A stretch of 64,000 bases of DNA from an uncultured Actinomycetota bacterium (lineage in GTDB: Bacteria; Actinomycetota; Actinomycetes; JAHEKZ01): positions 384,001 through 448,000 of the forward strand of contig CAVQYR010000001.1 in the NCBI GenBank assembly GCA_963718235.1, in the 5' to 3' direction. The notes beneath the pieces are model-generated. The model saw nothing but the letters and a program-made list of their open reading frames with translations, ran no database searches and was not told where the DNA came from. Positions 9,030-18,769 of the stretch are shown piece by piece. Position numbers and translations under genes: made by a program. Numbering within the stretch: the first letter of the stretch is position 1; each line of letters begins with the position of its first letter.

Positions 9030-9854
9030 GTGAGTCGCCCCGACGTCGCTCCGGCCCTGGTCCGGGAGTTCGCGTCCACCGGTGTCGTGTGCGTGCGGGG
9101 AGTCCTCGACCCAGCGGAGGTGTCGGCGGCTGCACAGGCGATCGAGCAGGTGCTCGGATCACCCGGTCCGCTGGCGCAGGTCGCGAGTGGAGCGGACGAC
9201 CCCGGCTCGTTCTTCGAGGACTTCTGCCGCTGGTCGACGATCCCGGCGATCGAACGGCTCGCGCGGGAGTCTGCGGTCCCCGCCATCGCTGGACGGCTCA
9301 TGGACACGCCCACGGTGCGGCTCTACCACGACCACGTGCTGGTGAAGGAGGGCCGGACACGCCAACCGACGCCGTGGCACCAGGACCAGCCCTACTACAA
9401 CGTCGACGGTCGCGGCGTCAGCGCCTGGATCCCGGTCGACCCGGTGCCCGCGGCCGGTTGCCTGGAGGTCGTCGCCGGCACCCAGGAAGGTCCGTGGCTG
9501 ATGCCACGGACCTTCCTGACCGGCGACGCCAAGTGGTTCCCGGAGGGCTCGCTGCAGGAGCTGCCGGACATCGACGCCGACCGCGCGGCCTTCGACGTCC
9601 GGGTGTTCGACCTGCAGCCGGGGGACGCGATCTTCTTCGACTTCCTGTCCGTGCACGGTGCTCCCGGGTTCCCTTTCGACGGACGACGCCGGGTGCTGTC
9701 GCTTCGGTACCTGTCCGAGGCGGCCCGGCACGCACCCCGACCGTGGCGGACGTCGCCGCCCTTCGAGGGCCTCGACGCCGAGCTGCCCGAGGGCGCGCCC
9801 ATGGACCATCCGCTGTTCCCGGTGGTGTGGACGAGCCCGGGCGCCCGACCCTGA
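9030..9854 (+). CDS. phytanoyl-CoA dioxygenase family Fe(II)/2OG oxygenase
   Basis: TPWHQD facial-triad motif, distal HGA, RRVLSLRY. Confidence 0.9.
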   Translation: MSRPDVAPALVREFASTGVVCVRGVLDPAEVSAAAQAIEQVLGSPGPLAQVASGADDPGSFFEDFCRWSTIPAIERLARESAVPAIAGRLMDTPTVRLYHDHVLVKEGRTRQPTPWHQDQPYYNVDGRGVSAWIPVDPVPAAGCLEVVAGTQEGPWLMPRTFLTGDAKWFPEGSLQELPDIDADRAAFDVRVFDLQPGDAIFFDFLSVHGAPGFPFDGRRRVLSLRYLSEAARHAPRPWRTSPPFEGLDAELPEGAPMDHPLFPVVWTSPGARP

Positions 9855-9897
9855 CGCAGGGCGAGGTCGTGGTCCTGCGGTCGTAGGCTGGTCCGCC

Positions 9898-11049
9898 GTG
9901 AGTGCTCGAGACCCTGATGCCCCAGGCTCGGCGGAGCGGCGGCATCTGACACCCCCGCAGTCGTGGTTGGAGCTGTTCTACGACCTCGCATTCGTCGCGG
10001 CGATCGTCGTGGTGTCGACTGCGTACTCCAAGGATTACTCACTGCGCCAGTCCGCGTGGTTGCTCGTCGTCTTCTCGTTGATCTGGACCACGTGGCTGAT
10101 GAGTGCCCTCCTCATGGAGCGGGTCCGGATCGCCGGGACCTACCAGCGGGGACTCCTCGTCGGGCAGATGGCCATGGTGCTGCTGATGGCCGTGACGTCG
10201 GACGACTTCGTCCAGGACAGCACCGGTGCGGTGGCCCCGCTCTTCGCCGGCATCCTGGTCACGTTCCTGCTCCTCTACCGGGCGACCGCCCGGACGCCGG
10301 CCCAGGCGGGTGATGCCCCGGTCGGCCGGACGGCACGGCTCGTCGTCGCGATCGGGCTGTTCGTGGGAACGGTGTGGGCCGGGGGCTACGTCTACGTGCT
10401 GATGTGGTTCGCGGGGCTGGTGATCGTGCTCACGACCATCCGCTCGCAGTACCCCGACGACGACCGGCGGGGCCGCCATCTGGCTGACCGGTTCGGCGAG
10501 TTCACCATCATCATGTTGGGTGAGAGCTTCGTGAAGATCGGGCTGGTCGCCTCCGACGAGCCGCTCGACCGGATCGACCTCTTCGGGCTGCCGCTGACGT
10601 TCGTGCTGATGGCCGCTGTGTGGTGGATGTACTTCGCCCAGGTGGCCCCCGTGGGACTGCCCGGCCAACCCGTGCGACGGAACCTGTGGATCCTCGGCCA
10701 CTTCCCGCTGCACCTGGGGATCGCGGCGCTCGCCGTGGGTCTGGCCAAGCTCCTGTTGCCCATCGAGGGTGGCTACGCGGAGGAAGACCTCGGACTGATC
10801 ACGGTGCCACTCGTGCTCGTGGTGGTCTCGGTCGCGTTCCTCGACTGGCTGGGTGGTACCCGCGAGGGCCGCCTGCGTGCGCTGGTTCTGCTGTCCGGTG
10901 CTGTGGCTGTGGTGCTGGTGGCGGCAGTCAACCTGATCGGTGAGGACTTCGAGTTCGACCTGGGGGGCGCGGTGGCGCTCCTCACTGTGGTCATGTTCGT
11001 GACCATCCGGATGGCTCGCCGTCTTCCCGACGCAGCGGAGTCGTCGTAA
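9898..11049 (+). CDS. low temperature requirement protein A (LtrA) family membrane protein
   Basis: SWLELFYDLAFV, HLADRFGEFTIIMLGES, WWMYF, HFPL; GTG start at 9898 inferred. Confidence 0.85.
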   Translation: MSARDPDAPGSAERRHLTPPQSWLELFYDLAFVAAIVVVSTAYSKDYSLRQSAWLLVVFSLIWTTWLMSALLMERVRIAGTYQRGLLVGQMAMVLLMAVTSDDFVQDSTGAVAPLFAGILVTFLLLYRATARTPAQAGDAPVGRTARLVVAIGLFVGTVWAGGYVYVLMWFAGLVIVLTTIRSQYPDDDRRGRHLADRFGEFTIIMLGESFVKIGLVASDEPLDRIDLFGLPLTFVLMAAVWWMYFAQVAPVGLPGQPVRRNLWILGHFPLHLGIAALAVGLAKLLLPIEGGYAEEDLGLITVPLVLVVVSVAFLDWLGGTREGRLRALVLLSGAVAVVLVAAVNLIGEDFEFDLGGAVALLTVVMFVTIRMARRLPDAAESS

Positions 11050-11056
11050 CGGCGGG

Positions 11057-12163
11057 TCAGTGGCCGAGTATGGGTTCCTGCTGGGTGATGCAGTGGATGC
11101 CGCCGCCCCCTTCGTGGAGGCGGTCGACGTCGAGCTGCTCGACGACCCGCCCCGGGAACGCATGGCGCAAGGTCCTGCGGCAGGCGCGGTCGGTGTCCCG
11201 GTCGCCGAACTGCGCCGTGATGACCGCCCCCCGGGCGAGCGCGAAGTTGACGTAGGAGTCCAGGAACCCGCGGAAGTCCGAGCGCACCGACTCCGGTCCC
11301 TGCAACGGCACGACCGTCAGGCGGCGTCCCCGTGCATCGCGAGAACGGGACAGGATGTCGTACTGCTCGCGTGCGTCGTCGGCCCAGACGTCCTTGCGCC
11401 ACTTGGGCGGGACCTGCACGATCACGACGCCGGGCGCGACGAATCGGCTCGTCGCATCGATGTGGTCATCGGTGATGTCGCGGCCCCGGACCCCGGGCAC
11501 CCAGATCATCTTCCTTGCCCCGTAGGCAGCGAGCACAGCCCGCTCGACGTCGTCCTTGGTCATGCCAGGGTTGCGGTTGGCGTTGAGCAGACTGCTCCTG
11601 GTTGCGATCAAGGTGCCGTCACCGTCCGCCTCGACGGCACCACCCTCTCCGACGAACTGCGCCCGGTTGAAGGGGGCTCCTACTCGACGTGCGACGCGTC
11701 GCGCCACATGAGCGTCGCGAGCGACGGTCTGCTTGCCGCCCCAGCCGTTGAAGTTCAGCCCGATCGCCCCGACGGCTCCTCTGCCGTTCGTTCGGAAGAC
11801 CGGACCGCTGTCACGCATCCAGCAGTCGTCGACCGGAATCGACGTGATGACCCGAACGGTCGGCCCGCACAGGCGTCGGGCTCGCTGGGCAGCGTCGGGG
11901 TTCGCGCACAGGACCACCGGCTCGTACTTGGCGATCGTCCGGGCAACGCGTGCCACGTCGCGCTGCACGCCCTGCAGGAACCGGCCCCAGATGACCTCGC
12001 TGGAGGGCCAGGCCATCCAGGTACGACGGTGCTGCACCGACTCCGCAGGGACCATCCACGCTTTGCCGGTCCCTTGACCGCCGAGCGCGGGAGCGACGGT
12101 GTCGGCTGCAAGCCCGAGGCAGGTCGCGCCCAAGAGGGTGCGGCGGGTCAGGTCAGCGCTCAT
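11057..12163 (-). CDS. agmatine deiminase family protein with Tat-like signal
   Basis: LTRRTLL N-terminus; DDCWMRDSGP, FNGWG, EGG, TDDHID, GGGIHCITQQ. Confidence 0.9.
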   Translation of the reverse strand: MSADLTRRTLLGATCLGLAADTVAPALGGQGTGKAWMVPAESVQHRRTWMAWPSSEVIWGRFLQGVQRDVARVARTIAKYEPVVLCANPDAAQRARRLCGPTVRVITSIPVDDCWMRDSGPVFRTNGRGAVGAIGLNFNGWGGKQTVARDAHVARRVARRVGAPFNRAQFVGEGGAVEADGDGTLIATRSSLLNANRNPGMTKDDVERAVLAAYGARKMIWVPGVRGRDITDDHIDATSRFVAPGVVIVQVPPKWRKDVWADDAREQYDILSRSRDARGRRLTVVPLQGPESVRSDFRGFLDSYVNFALARGAVITAQFGDRDTDRACRRTLRHAFPGRVVEQLDVDRLHEGGGGIHCITQQEPILGH

Positions 12164-12785
12164 CGGTGAGATCCCCTGGCGCGAGGTGTGACTGCGCCGC
12201 GCGCACGTACAGGTCGCGCACGGTCGCCGGGTCGAGGTCCTGGTCGGCCAGAGTCAGGTGGACCGAGAGCCCGTCGACCAGGCAGGACAGGAGCGTGGAC
12301 ACGGCCACCGGGTCGTCGGTGACGAAGGCTCCCTGCTCGCAGCCGTAGCGGATGACCTCGGCCAGTGTGTGGCGCCAGCGGGAGTCGAGCTGCGCCTGGA
12401 CGCGGGCGAGGTCGTCGTCGACGCCGGCGTTGGCCCACACCTCGAACCACAGCACCCAGCCCTGGTCGGCTCGCCCGGTCGACACCGACAGCTCGAGCAG
12501 CCGGTACAGCCGCAGCCAGGGTTCGGCGATCCGGAGGACCTCGTCGACAACCTCGCGGTGGAGGCTCTCCTCGCTGTGCTGGATGGCGAGCATCAGCAGT
12601 GCGGTCTTGCTCGGGAAGTAGTAGGTGACATGGCCGGTGCTCATGCCGGCCCGCTCTGCGATGTCGCTCATCCGGACGTCGGCGAGTCCGCGCTCACCGA
12701 TCACCGCGATGGCTGCGTCGACCACGGCCTGCTGCTTGGCCTGGCCCTTGGCCCGTCGTGTGGGGGCGGCTCGCTGGACGGTCAT
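12153..12785 (-). CDS. TetR family regulator (BetI-like C-terminus)
   Basis: HTH VRMSDIAERAGMSTGHVTYYFPSK; LVDGL motif. Confidence 0.92.
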   Translation of the reverse strand: MTVQRAAPTRRAKGQAKQQAVVDAAIAVIGERGLADVRMSDIAERAGMSTGHVTYYFPSKTALLMLAIQHSEESLHREVVDEVLRIAEPWLRLYRLLELSVSTGRADQGWVLWFEVWANAGVDDDLARVQAQLDSRWRHTLAEVIRYGCEQGAFVTDDPVAVSTLLSCLVDGLSVHLTLADQDLDPATVRDLYVRAAQSHLAPGDLTDER

Positions 12786-13813
12786 GCCGGCGCAGCCGGT
12801 CCGGCCGGGATCTGTTGGGTGATGCAGTGGGGCCCGCCGCCCCCGTACGCGAGGGTCGCACCAGGGACAGGGACGACCTTGCGCCCGGGCAGCAGCCGGC
12901 CCAAGGCATCGAGCACGACGTCGTCCTGCTGGGTCCCGGCGACGGGAACGACGACGCCACCGTTGGCCAGGTAGAAGTTGGAGTAGGACAGATCGCTACT
13001 GGGGCCGGGGTCGACCAGGCTGATCTCGAACGACCGACCCACGGCGTCGGTGGAGGCTCGGAGCGCGGTGAGGTTCGCCTCGCAGCGGTCGTGCTCGGCG
13101 TCGGAAGGGTCCGTCGGGGCCTCGACGAGCACGTGGCCGGGCGCGAGGTACTGCAGCACGCCGTCGACGTGCCCGTCGGTCCCGGCCGGGCCGACGTCGA
13201 GGCTGTGGCCGTACGGCAACCACACGATCGTGGTCACCCCCAGGTAGTCGCGCAGAGCCTGCTCGATCTCCGCCCGACCCAGGGTCGGGTTGCGGTTGGG
13301 GTCCAGCAGACACTGCTCGGTGGTGATCAGGGTGCCCTCCCCGTCGACGAAGAAGGCACCGCCCTCCATGACCAGGGGTGCGTCGAACCGGCGCATGCCG
13401 AAGTGCGCTGCAAGCAGCCGCGGAACCTCGTTGTCGCTGTCGTAGGGGTGCCAGCGCTCACCCCAGGCGTTGAACGAGAAGTTGACGACGGCAACCTCAC
13501 CCGCGGAGTTGCGGACGAAGGTGGGCCCGTTGTCGCGCATCCACGAGTCGTCGATCCGTCCAGGCAGCGCCTGGACGCCGCTGCCGCACCGACGCTTCAC
13601 CTCGGCGGTGTCGTCGGGGTTGCACAGCATCGTCACCGGCTCGAAAGCGGCGATCGCCGAGGCGACGGTGGCGTAGTCGCTCTTCGCGTCGTCGATTCGG
13701 TCGGTCCACAGCTCCCGGCGAGTGGGCCATGCCATGAGGCAGCCGGCGTGGGGCTCCCACTCCGCCGGCATGGCGAACCCTTCGCCGGCGGGAGTCTCTT
13801 CGACGTCGGTCAC
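12782..13813 (-). CDS. aguA: agmatine deiminase
   Basis: MPAEWEPH, DDSWMRDNGP, FNAWG, EGG, TDGHVD, GGGPHCITQQ; GGAGGAG RBS. Confidence 0.9.
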   Translation of the reverse strand: MTDVEETPAGEGFAMPAEWEPHAGCLMAWPTRRELWTDRIDDAKSDYATVASAIAAFEPVTMLCNPDDTAEVKRRCGSGVQALPGRIDDSWMRDNGPTFVRNSAGEVAVVNFSFNAWGERWHPYDSDNEVPRLLAAHFGMRRFDAPLVMEGGAFFVDGEGTLITTEQCLLDPNRNPTLGRAEIEQALRDYLGVTTIVWLPYGHSLDVGPAGTDGHVDGVLQYLAPGHVLVEAPTDPSDAEHDRCEANLTALRASTDAVGRSFEISLVDPGPSSDLSYSNFYLANGGVVVPVAGTQQDDVVLDALGRLLPGRKVVPVPGATLAYGGGGPHCITQQIPAGPAAPA

Positions 13814-13847
13814 GTCTCCTCCAACCCGCCCTCTTCGGGCGGGGATG

Positions 13848-13880
13848 AGTCTAGGACAAGATCCTAGGATCGTATCCTAG
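13848..13880 (-). promoter_or_regulatory. aguA operon promoter with two overlapping palindromic operators
   Basis: CTAGGA-N5-TCCTAG at 13851-13867 and 13864-13880; minus-strand -10 TAGACT at 13853-13848. Confidence 0.65.
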
Positions 13881-16299
13881 AAGAAGTCTGGCCAGCCAGT
13901 GGTTCCTCCGTGGGGGCCGGGCGCCAGCGGGCCGTGGCCCGGCTCACGAGCCACAGCAGGGCTGCTCCCACCAGGCCCAGGCCCACGCTGGCGGCGCCGT
14001 CGAGGTCGGCTCCGACGGGCAGGGCGAAGAACGTCGACAGCCACGGGGTGAACAGCACGATCAGGAACCCGGCACCCATGCTGCCGACGATCAGCCAGCG
14101 CACGAGGTCCATCGGGCGCGCCACGAGGTACAGGACGAACAGCGCCACGACGGCGAGGGTGATCGTGGCCGACACCCGGGCCTGACCGACGTCGGATCCA
14201 GTGGCGGCCAGGGTCACGTAGTAGGAGGTGAATGCCATGGCGGCACAGATGACCCCCGCGGGAACCGTGAACCACAGCACCCGCTGGAAGAACCCCGGAC
14301 GGAACCGGGCCGTGTTGGGCATGAGCGCCATGAAGAAGGCGGGCGTCCCGATGGTCAGGAAGGTGATCACGGTCAGGTGCCGGGGCAGGAACGGGAAGGG
14401 CAGCGTCAGGACGCCGGTGAGCAGCGCGAGCACCAGCGCATAGAAGGACTTGGTCAAGAAGAGGTCGCTGACCCGCTCGATGTTCCCCAGCACCCTGCGA
14501 CCCTCGGCGACAACTGAAGGCATCACTGAGAACTCGTTGTCCAGGAGCACGATCTGGGCGACCGCTCGGGTCGCCGCAGCCCCCGACCCCATGGCGATGC
14601 CGAGGTCGGCGTCCTTGAGAGCCAACACGTCGTTGACGCCGTCACCTGTCATGGCGACCGTGTGTCCTCGGCTCTGCAGGGCGGCGACCATGGCTCGTTT
14701 CTGCCGCGGTGTGACCCGGCCGAACACCGAGTGGGTCTCGAGGACCTCGGCCATCGCGCCGATGTCGTCGGGGAGCTCGCGTGCGTCGAACGGTCGGTCT
14801 GCGTCGGGAATCCCCGCGTGCACGGCGATCGCACCGACGGTCACCGGGTTGTCCCCGGAGATCACCTTGAGCGCGACGCCCTGGTCCAGGAAGTAGCGGA
14901 CCGTGGACGTGACGTCGACCCGCAGGCGCTGGTCGATCACGACGAACGCAACGGCGAGCACCGGCCCCGCCCCCGCGTCGACGTCGGGAGAGCTGTCGCC
15001 CACGGGGCGGGCAAGCAGCAGCACCCGCGCCCCCTGCGCGGCGAGCTGTTCGGCCTGTGGCCGGTGCGGGTCAGCGGGGTCGAGCAGGACCTCCGGCGCG
15101 CCGAGCACCCACCATCCGTGCGCCTCGAAGCACGCAGCGGACCACTTGCGAGCGCTGGAGAACGGGACGACGTCAGCGGCCGTCCAGACGACGTCGGTCG
15201 GTGGGTACGCGGCGGCGATTGCCGCCTGCGTCGGGTTCGGGCTGTCGTCGGCGGCGCCCAGGCCGGCCAGAGCTGCGTCGACGCGGGCGGCTGGATCCAG
15301 CACGACGACGTCACAGACCTGCATGCCGGGCTCGGTCAACGTGCCGGTCTTGTCGACGCACACGACGTCGACCCGGGCCAGCACCTCCACGGCCGGCATC
15401 TCCTGTACCAGGGCGCGCTTGCGCCCCAGACGTACGACGGCGACGGCCATCGCGACGCTGGTCAGCAGCACGAGGCCCTCGGGGATCATCGTGACCACGC
15501 CGGCCACCGTTCCCGTCAGCGCCTCCTGCCAGCTCGGGTTGGACTGCAGCTGGGACCAGAAGAGCAACGCCCCGACAGGGATGAGGATGTAGGACATCAC
15601 CCGCACGAACCGCATGATCGAGCTCATGAGCTCGGAGCGAGTCGTGGTGAACACCCGAGCCTCGACCGTGAGCCGCGTGGCGTAGGCGTCCAGACCCACC
15701 TTCGTCGCCTGCATCAGGCCACTCCCAGCGACCACGAAGGAGCCGGACATCACCTGGTCGCCCACGCCCTTCTCGACCGGGTCTGCCTCGCCGGTCAGCA
15801 GGGACTCGTCCACCTCCAACCCCTCTCGGTCGACGACGACACCATCGACCACGATCCGGTCACCGGGTCGCAGGACCACGACATCGTCCTGGACGAGCGC
15901 TGACGGGCGCACCTCGGCGTCGACCCCCTCCCGGCGCACCACCGGCTTGGCCTCACCCACCACGGACAACCGCTCGAGGGTTCGCTTGGCCCGGTACTCC
16001 TGGATGATCCCGATCGCGGAGTTGATCACGATGATGAAGCCGAACAGAGAGTCCTGCAGGGCGGCGCCGGCGATGATCATCAAGGCCCACAGGACCCCGA
16101 TCACGATGTTGAAGCTCGTGACGATGTTGGCGCGGGCGATGTCGCTTAGGCTCCTGCTTCGTGGGTCCGGGGCGTCGTTGCTGCGCCCGGAGGCCAGACG
16201 CTCGGCGACGGCGGCCTCCGAGAGACCAAGGGAAGGGTCGACGGCCGCGGGGGGGACGTGCGCCCCTGGTTCGGGCTGGACGAACCTGCGGAGGACCAT
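13864..16299 (-). CDS. ctpE: P-type ATPase, CtpE-like
   Basis: LTGEA, PEGL, DKTGTLT, ISGDNP, GDGVND. Confidence 0.9.
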   Translation of the reverse strand: MVLRRFVQPEPGAHVPPAAVDPSLGLSEAAVAERLASGRSNDAPDPRSRSLSDIARANIVTSFNIVIGVLWALMIIAGAALQDSLFGFIIVINSAIGIIQEYRAKRTLERLSVVGEAKPVVRREGVDAEVRPSALVQDDVVVLRPGDRIVVDGVVVDREGLEVDESLLTGEADPVEKGVGDQVMSGSFVVAGSGLMQATKVGLDAYATRLTVEARVFTTTRSELMSSIMRFVRVMSYILIPVGALLFWSQLQSNPSWQEALTGTVAGVVTMIPEGLVLLTSVAMAVAVVRLGRKRALVQEMPAVEVLARVDVVCVDKTGTLTEPGMQVCDVVVLDPAARVDAALAGLGAADDSPNPTQAAIAAAYPPTDVVWTAADVVPFSSARKWSAACFEAHGWWVLGAPEVLLDPADPHRPQAEQLAAQGARVLLLARPVGDSSPDVDAGAGPVLAVAFVVIDQRLRVDVTSTVRYFLDQGVALKVISGDNPVTVGAIAVHAGIPDADRPFDARELPDDIGAMAEVLETHSVFGRVTPRQKRAMVAALQSRGHTVAMTGDGVNDVLALKDADLGIAMGSGAAATRAVAQIVLLDNEFSVMPSVVAEGRRVLGNIERVSDLFLTKSFYALVLALLTGVLTLPFPFLPRHLTVITFLTIGTPAFFMALMPNTARFRPGFFQRVLWFTVPAGVICAAMAFTSYYVTLAATGSDVGQARVSATITLAVVALFVLYLVARPMDLVRWLIVGSMGAGFLIVLFTPWLSTFFALPVGADLDGAASVGLGLVGAALLWLVSRATARWRPAPTEEPLAGQTSSRIRS

Positions 16300-16400
16300 G
16301 GCTGGCGATTGTGCCTCAGCCGGTCGGTCCCCACACCCGATCGACCACCGCCGTAGTGGGAGACTCGTCCCGAGTGGTTCCGAGCGATGCCGGCCAGGGG

Positions 16401-18207
16401 GTGTTCGTGAGAAGTGATCACCTGGCTCGCCTGATCGCCGACAATGCCGAGCGCTACCCCACCCGGCCCGCCATGCGGTCCATGCGTGGCGGGGTCTGGA
16501 GTGCGGTCTCCTACGCCGAGCTCGGACAGCAGGTCCGCGCGGTGGCGAAGTCCCTCGTCGGGGCCGGCGTCAAGGCAGGAGACCGGGTCGGGATCTTCTC
16601 GCCCAACCGTCCGGAGTGGACCGTCGCGGACTTCGCGATCCTCAGCGTGGGTGCAGTGTCCGTCCCCATCTACGCCACGAGCACGGCCAGGCAGGCCCAG
16701 CTCATCATCGATGACGCAGACGTCTCGGTGCTCTTCGTCGGCGGGCAGGAGCAGTACGACAAGGTGGTCGGCCCGGACTCGGTCACCTCCTACGTGAGGC
16801 ACGTCGTCGCGTTCGACGAGGAGACCGTGCTCACGAGTGCGCGGTCGGCGCACGCGGGGCCCTTCGTGGCTGCACGGCGCGGACGCGGCCCTCGACGGTG
16901 AGGTCGATGCGCGCCTGAGCTCAGCATCGACCGACGACGTGGCCACGCTCATCTACACCTCGGGGACGACGGGTGATCCCAAAGGTGCGGTCCTGACGCA
17001 TGCCAACTTCTTCCATCAGTTCCGTGCGCTGGACGAGAGGTTCGGCATCGGACCCGGCGACACCAGCCTGTGCTTTCTTCCACTCAGCCATGCCTACGAG
17101 CGCGCCTGGTCCTTCTACGTCCTGGCCAGCGGGGCGGAGAACTGCTACCTGGCGGATCCGAGCCGGGTGGTCGACGTGATGGCAGAGGTACGTCCCACGC
17201 TGATGGTCAGCGTCCCGCGGCTGTACGAGAAGATCCACGCGACCGTCACCGACCGGGTCGAGCGGGGGTCACGGACCAGGGCCCGGTTGTTTGGTTGGGC
17301 GTTGGGCGTAGGGAGCCGGTACCAGCACCGTCGCGCGGCCGGTCAGCCAGTCAGTGCGCTGCTGGGTTCCCAGCATGCGTTGGCGGACCAGCTCGTCCTG
17401 TCGAAGATCAGGAGCGTCGTGGGTGGCGACAAGAAGGTCCTGTCGGCGGGAGGGGCACCGTTGTCCAAGGACATCGAGGAGTTCTTCTTCGCGGCTGGAC
17501 TCTTCGTCTGTCAGGGGTACGGGCTGACCGAGACGACGGCCATGGTGACCTGCAACTACCCCGGCGAGTTCCGGTTCGGCACAGTCGGCACACCGGTGCT
17601 GGGGACCGAGGTGCGGATCGCGGACGGAGGTGAGATCCAAGTCCGCGGTGGCAGCGTGATGAAGGGGTATCACGGTCACCCCGAGGCGACCGCCGAAGCA
17701 TTCGACGACGGCTGGTTCAAGACGGGTGACGTCGGCACGATCGATGCCGCTGGGTTCGTCACCGTGACCGACCGGATCAAGGACATCATCATCACCTCGC
17801 AGGGCAAGAACGTTGCGCCGCAGCACATCGAGGGGGTGCTTGGCGGCGATCCCTACGTCGAACAGGTGGTCGTGATCGGTGACCGTCGGAGCTACCTGAG
17901 CGCCCTGATCGCCCCCGCATTCCCCGTGCTGGAGCGCTACGCCGTCGAGCACGGGCTGGGATTCTCGTCGAGGTCGGACCTGGTTGCGCTGCCGGAGGTG
18001 CGTGCGCTCTACGAACGTAGGATCGCTGAGGCGTCGACGGAGCTGGCCGGGTACGAGCAGGTGAAGCGCTTCACCCTCATGGCGAAGGAGTTCACCCAGG
18101 AGGAGGGTCAGCTGACCCCCACCCTGAAGCTGAAGCGACAGGTCGTCGAGCAGGAGTTTGCCGACGTCATCGACGCCATGTACGACGCCCCGCGGGCGCC
18201 GCGCTGA
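16401..18207 (+). CDS. long-chain fatty acid-CoA ligase, split by an apparent +1 frameshift near 16865-16875
   Basis: N-terminal part in ORF 16161-16901 (GDRVGIFSPNRPEW), remainder in ORF 16837-18207 (YTSGTTGDPKG, QGYGLTE, TGDVG, LTPTLKLKR). Confidence 0.8.
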
Positions 18208-18235
18208 CCGGTCGGGTGGGTGACCTGGGCTCAGC

Positions 18236-18757
18236 TCAGCGCGAGTCTCGCTTGGCCTGCCGTCGAGCTCCGGCGGCGAGTGTCGAGGCTTGCCGCTTCT
18301 TGCGCGCCGGTGACTGCACGGCGGCGCGGCCGTCCTTGGTGACCGAGCGCGTCGTGGCCGGCGCCGCCTTCGAGCGCTTCGTCGCCTTCTTCGTGCTCAC
18401 GGTCTCAGCCATCTGTCCCCGTGCTGTTGCGAGCCGCTCGGCGCGGATCTCGTTCGCCGACGCTCGGGCCAGCGTGGCCAGCCGACGGCTGACCCGGGCG
18501 AGCGCGTCCTCGAAGACCTCGGCCTTCTGCGCCGCCGGCCGACTCTTCTTGCTGGCCGCGTAGCGCGCGGCGTCTCTCGTCACCTGGGCGGAGGCGCGAC
18601 GTCGGTACAGCTTGGTGTACTTCGTGCGGGCCCGACGAACGCGGGTGTGCAGCTCGACGACGGCGTCCTCGTCGAGGGTCGACAGGTGAGAGGCTTCGGT
18701 CTCCCACAACAGCAGCTTCTCGCTCTCGGTCATCATCGCCAACACGGACTTGTTCAT
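18236..18757 (-). CDS. basic helical hypothetical protein
   Basis: AGAAGGA RBS; Arg/Lys/Ala-rich; KAEVFEDALARVSRRLA; starts 12 bp after the ceo stop. Confidence 0.75.
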   Translation of the reverse strand: MNKSVLAMMTESEKLLLWETEASHLSTLDEDAVVELHTRVRRARTKYTKLYRRRASAQVTRDAARYAASKKSRPAAQKAEVFEDALARVSRRLATLARASANEIRAERLATARGQMAETVSTKKATKRSKAAPATTRSVTKDGRAAVQSPARKKRQASTLAAGARRQAKRDSR

Positions 18758-18769
18758 GCGCGGTCCTTC

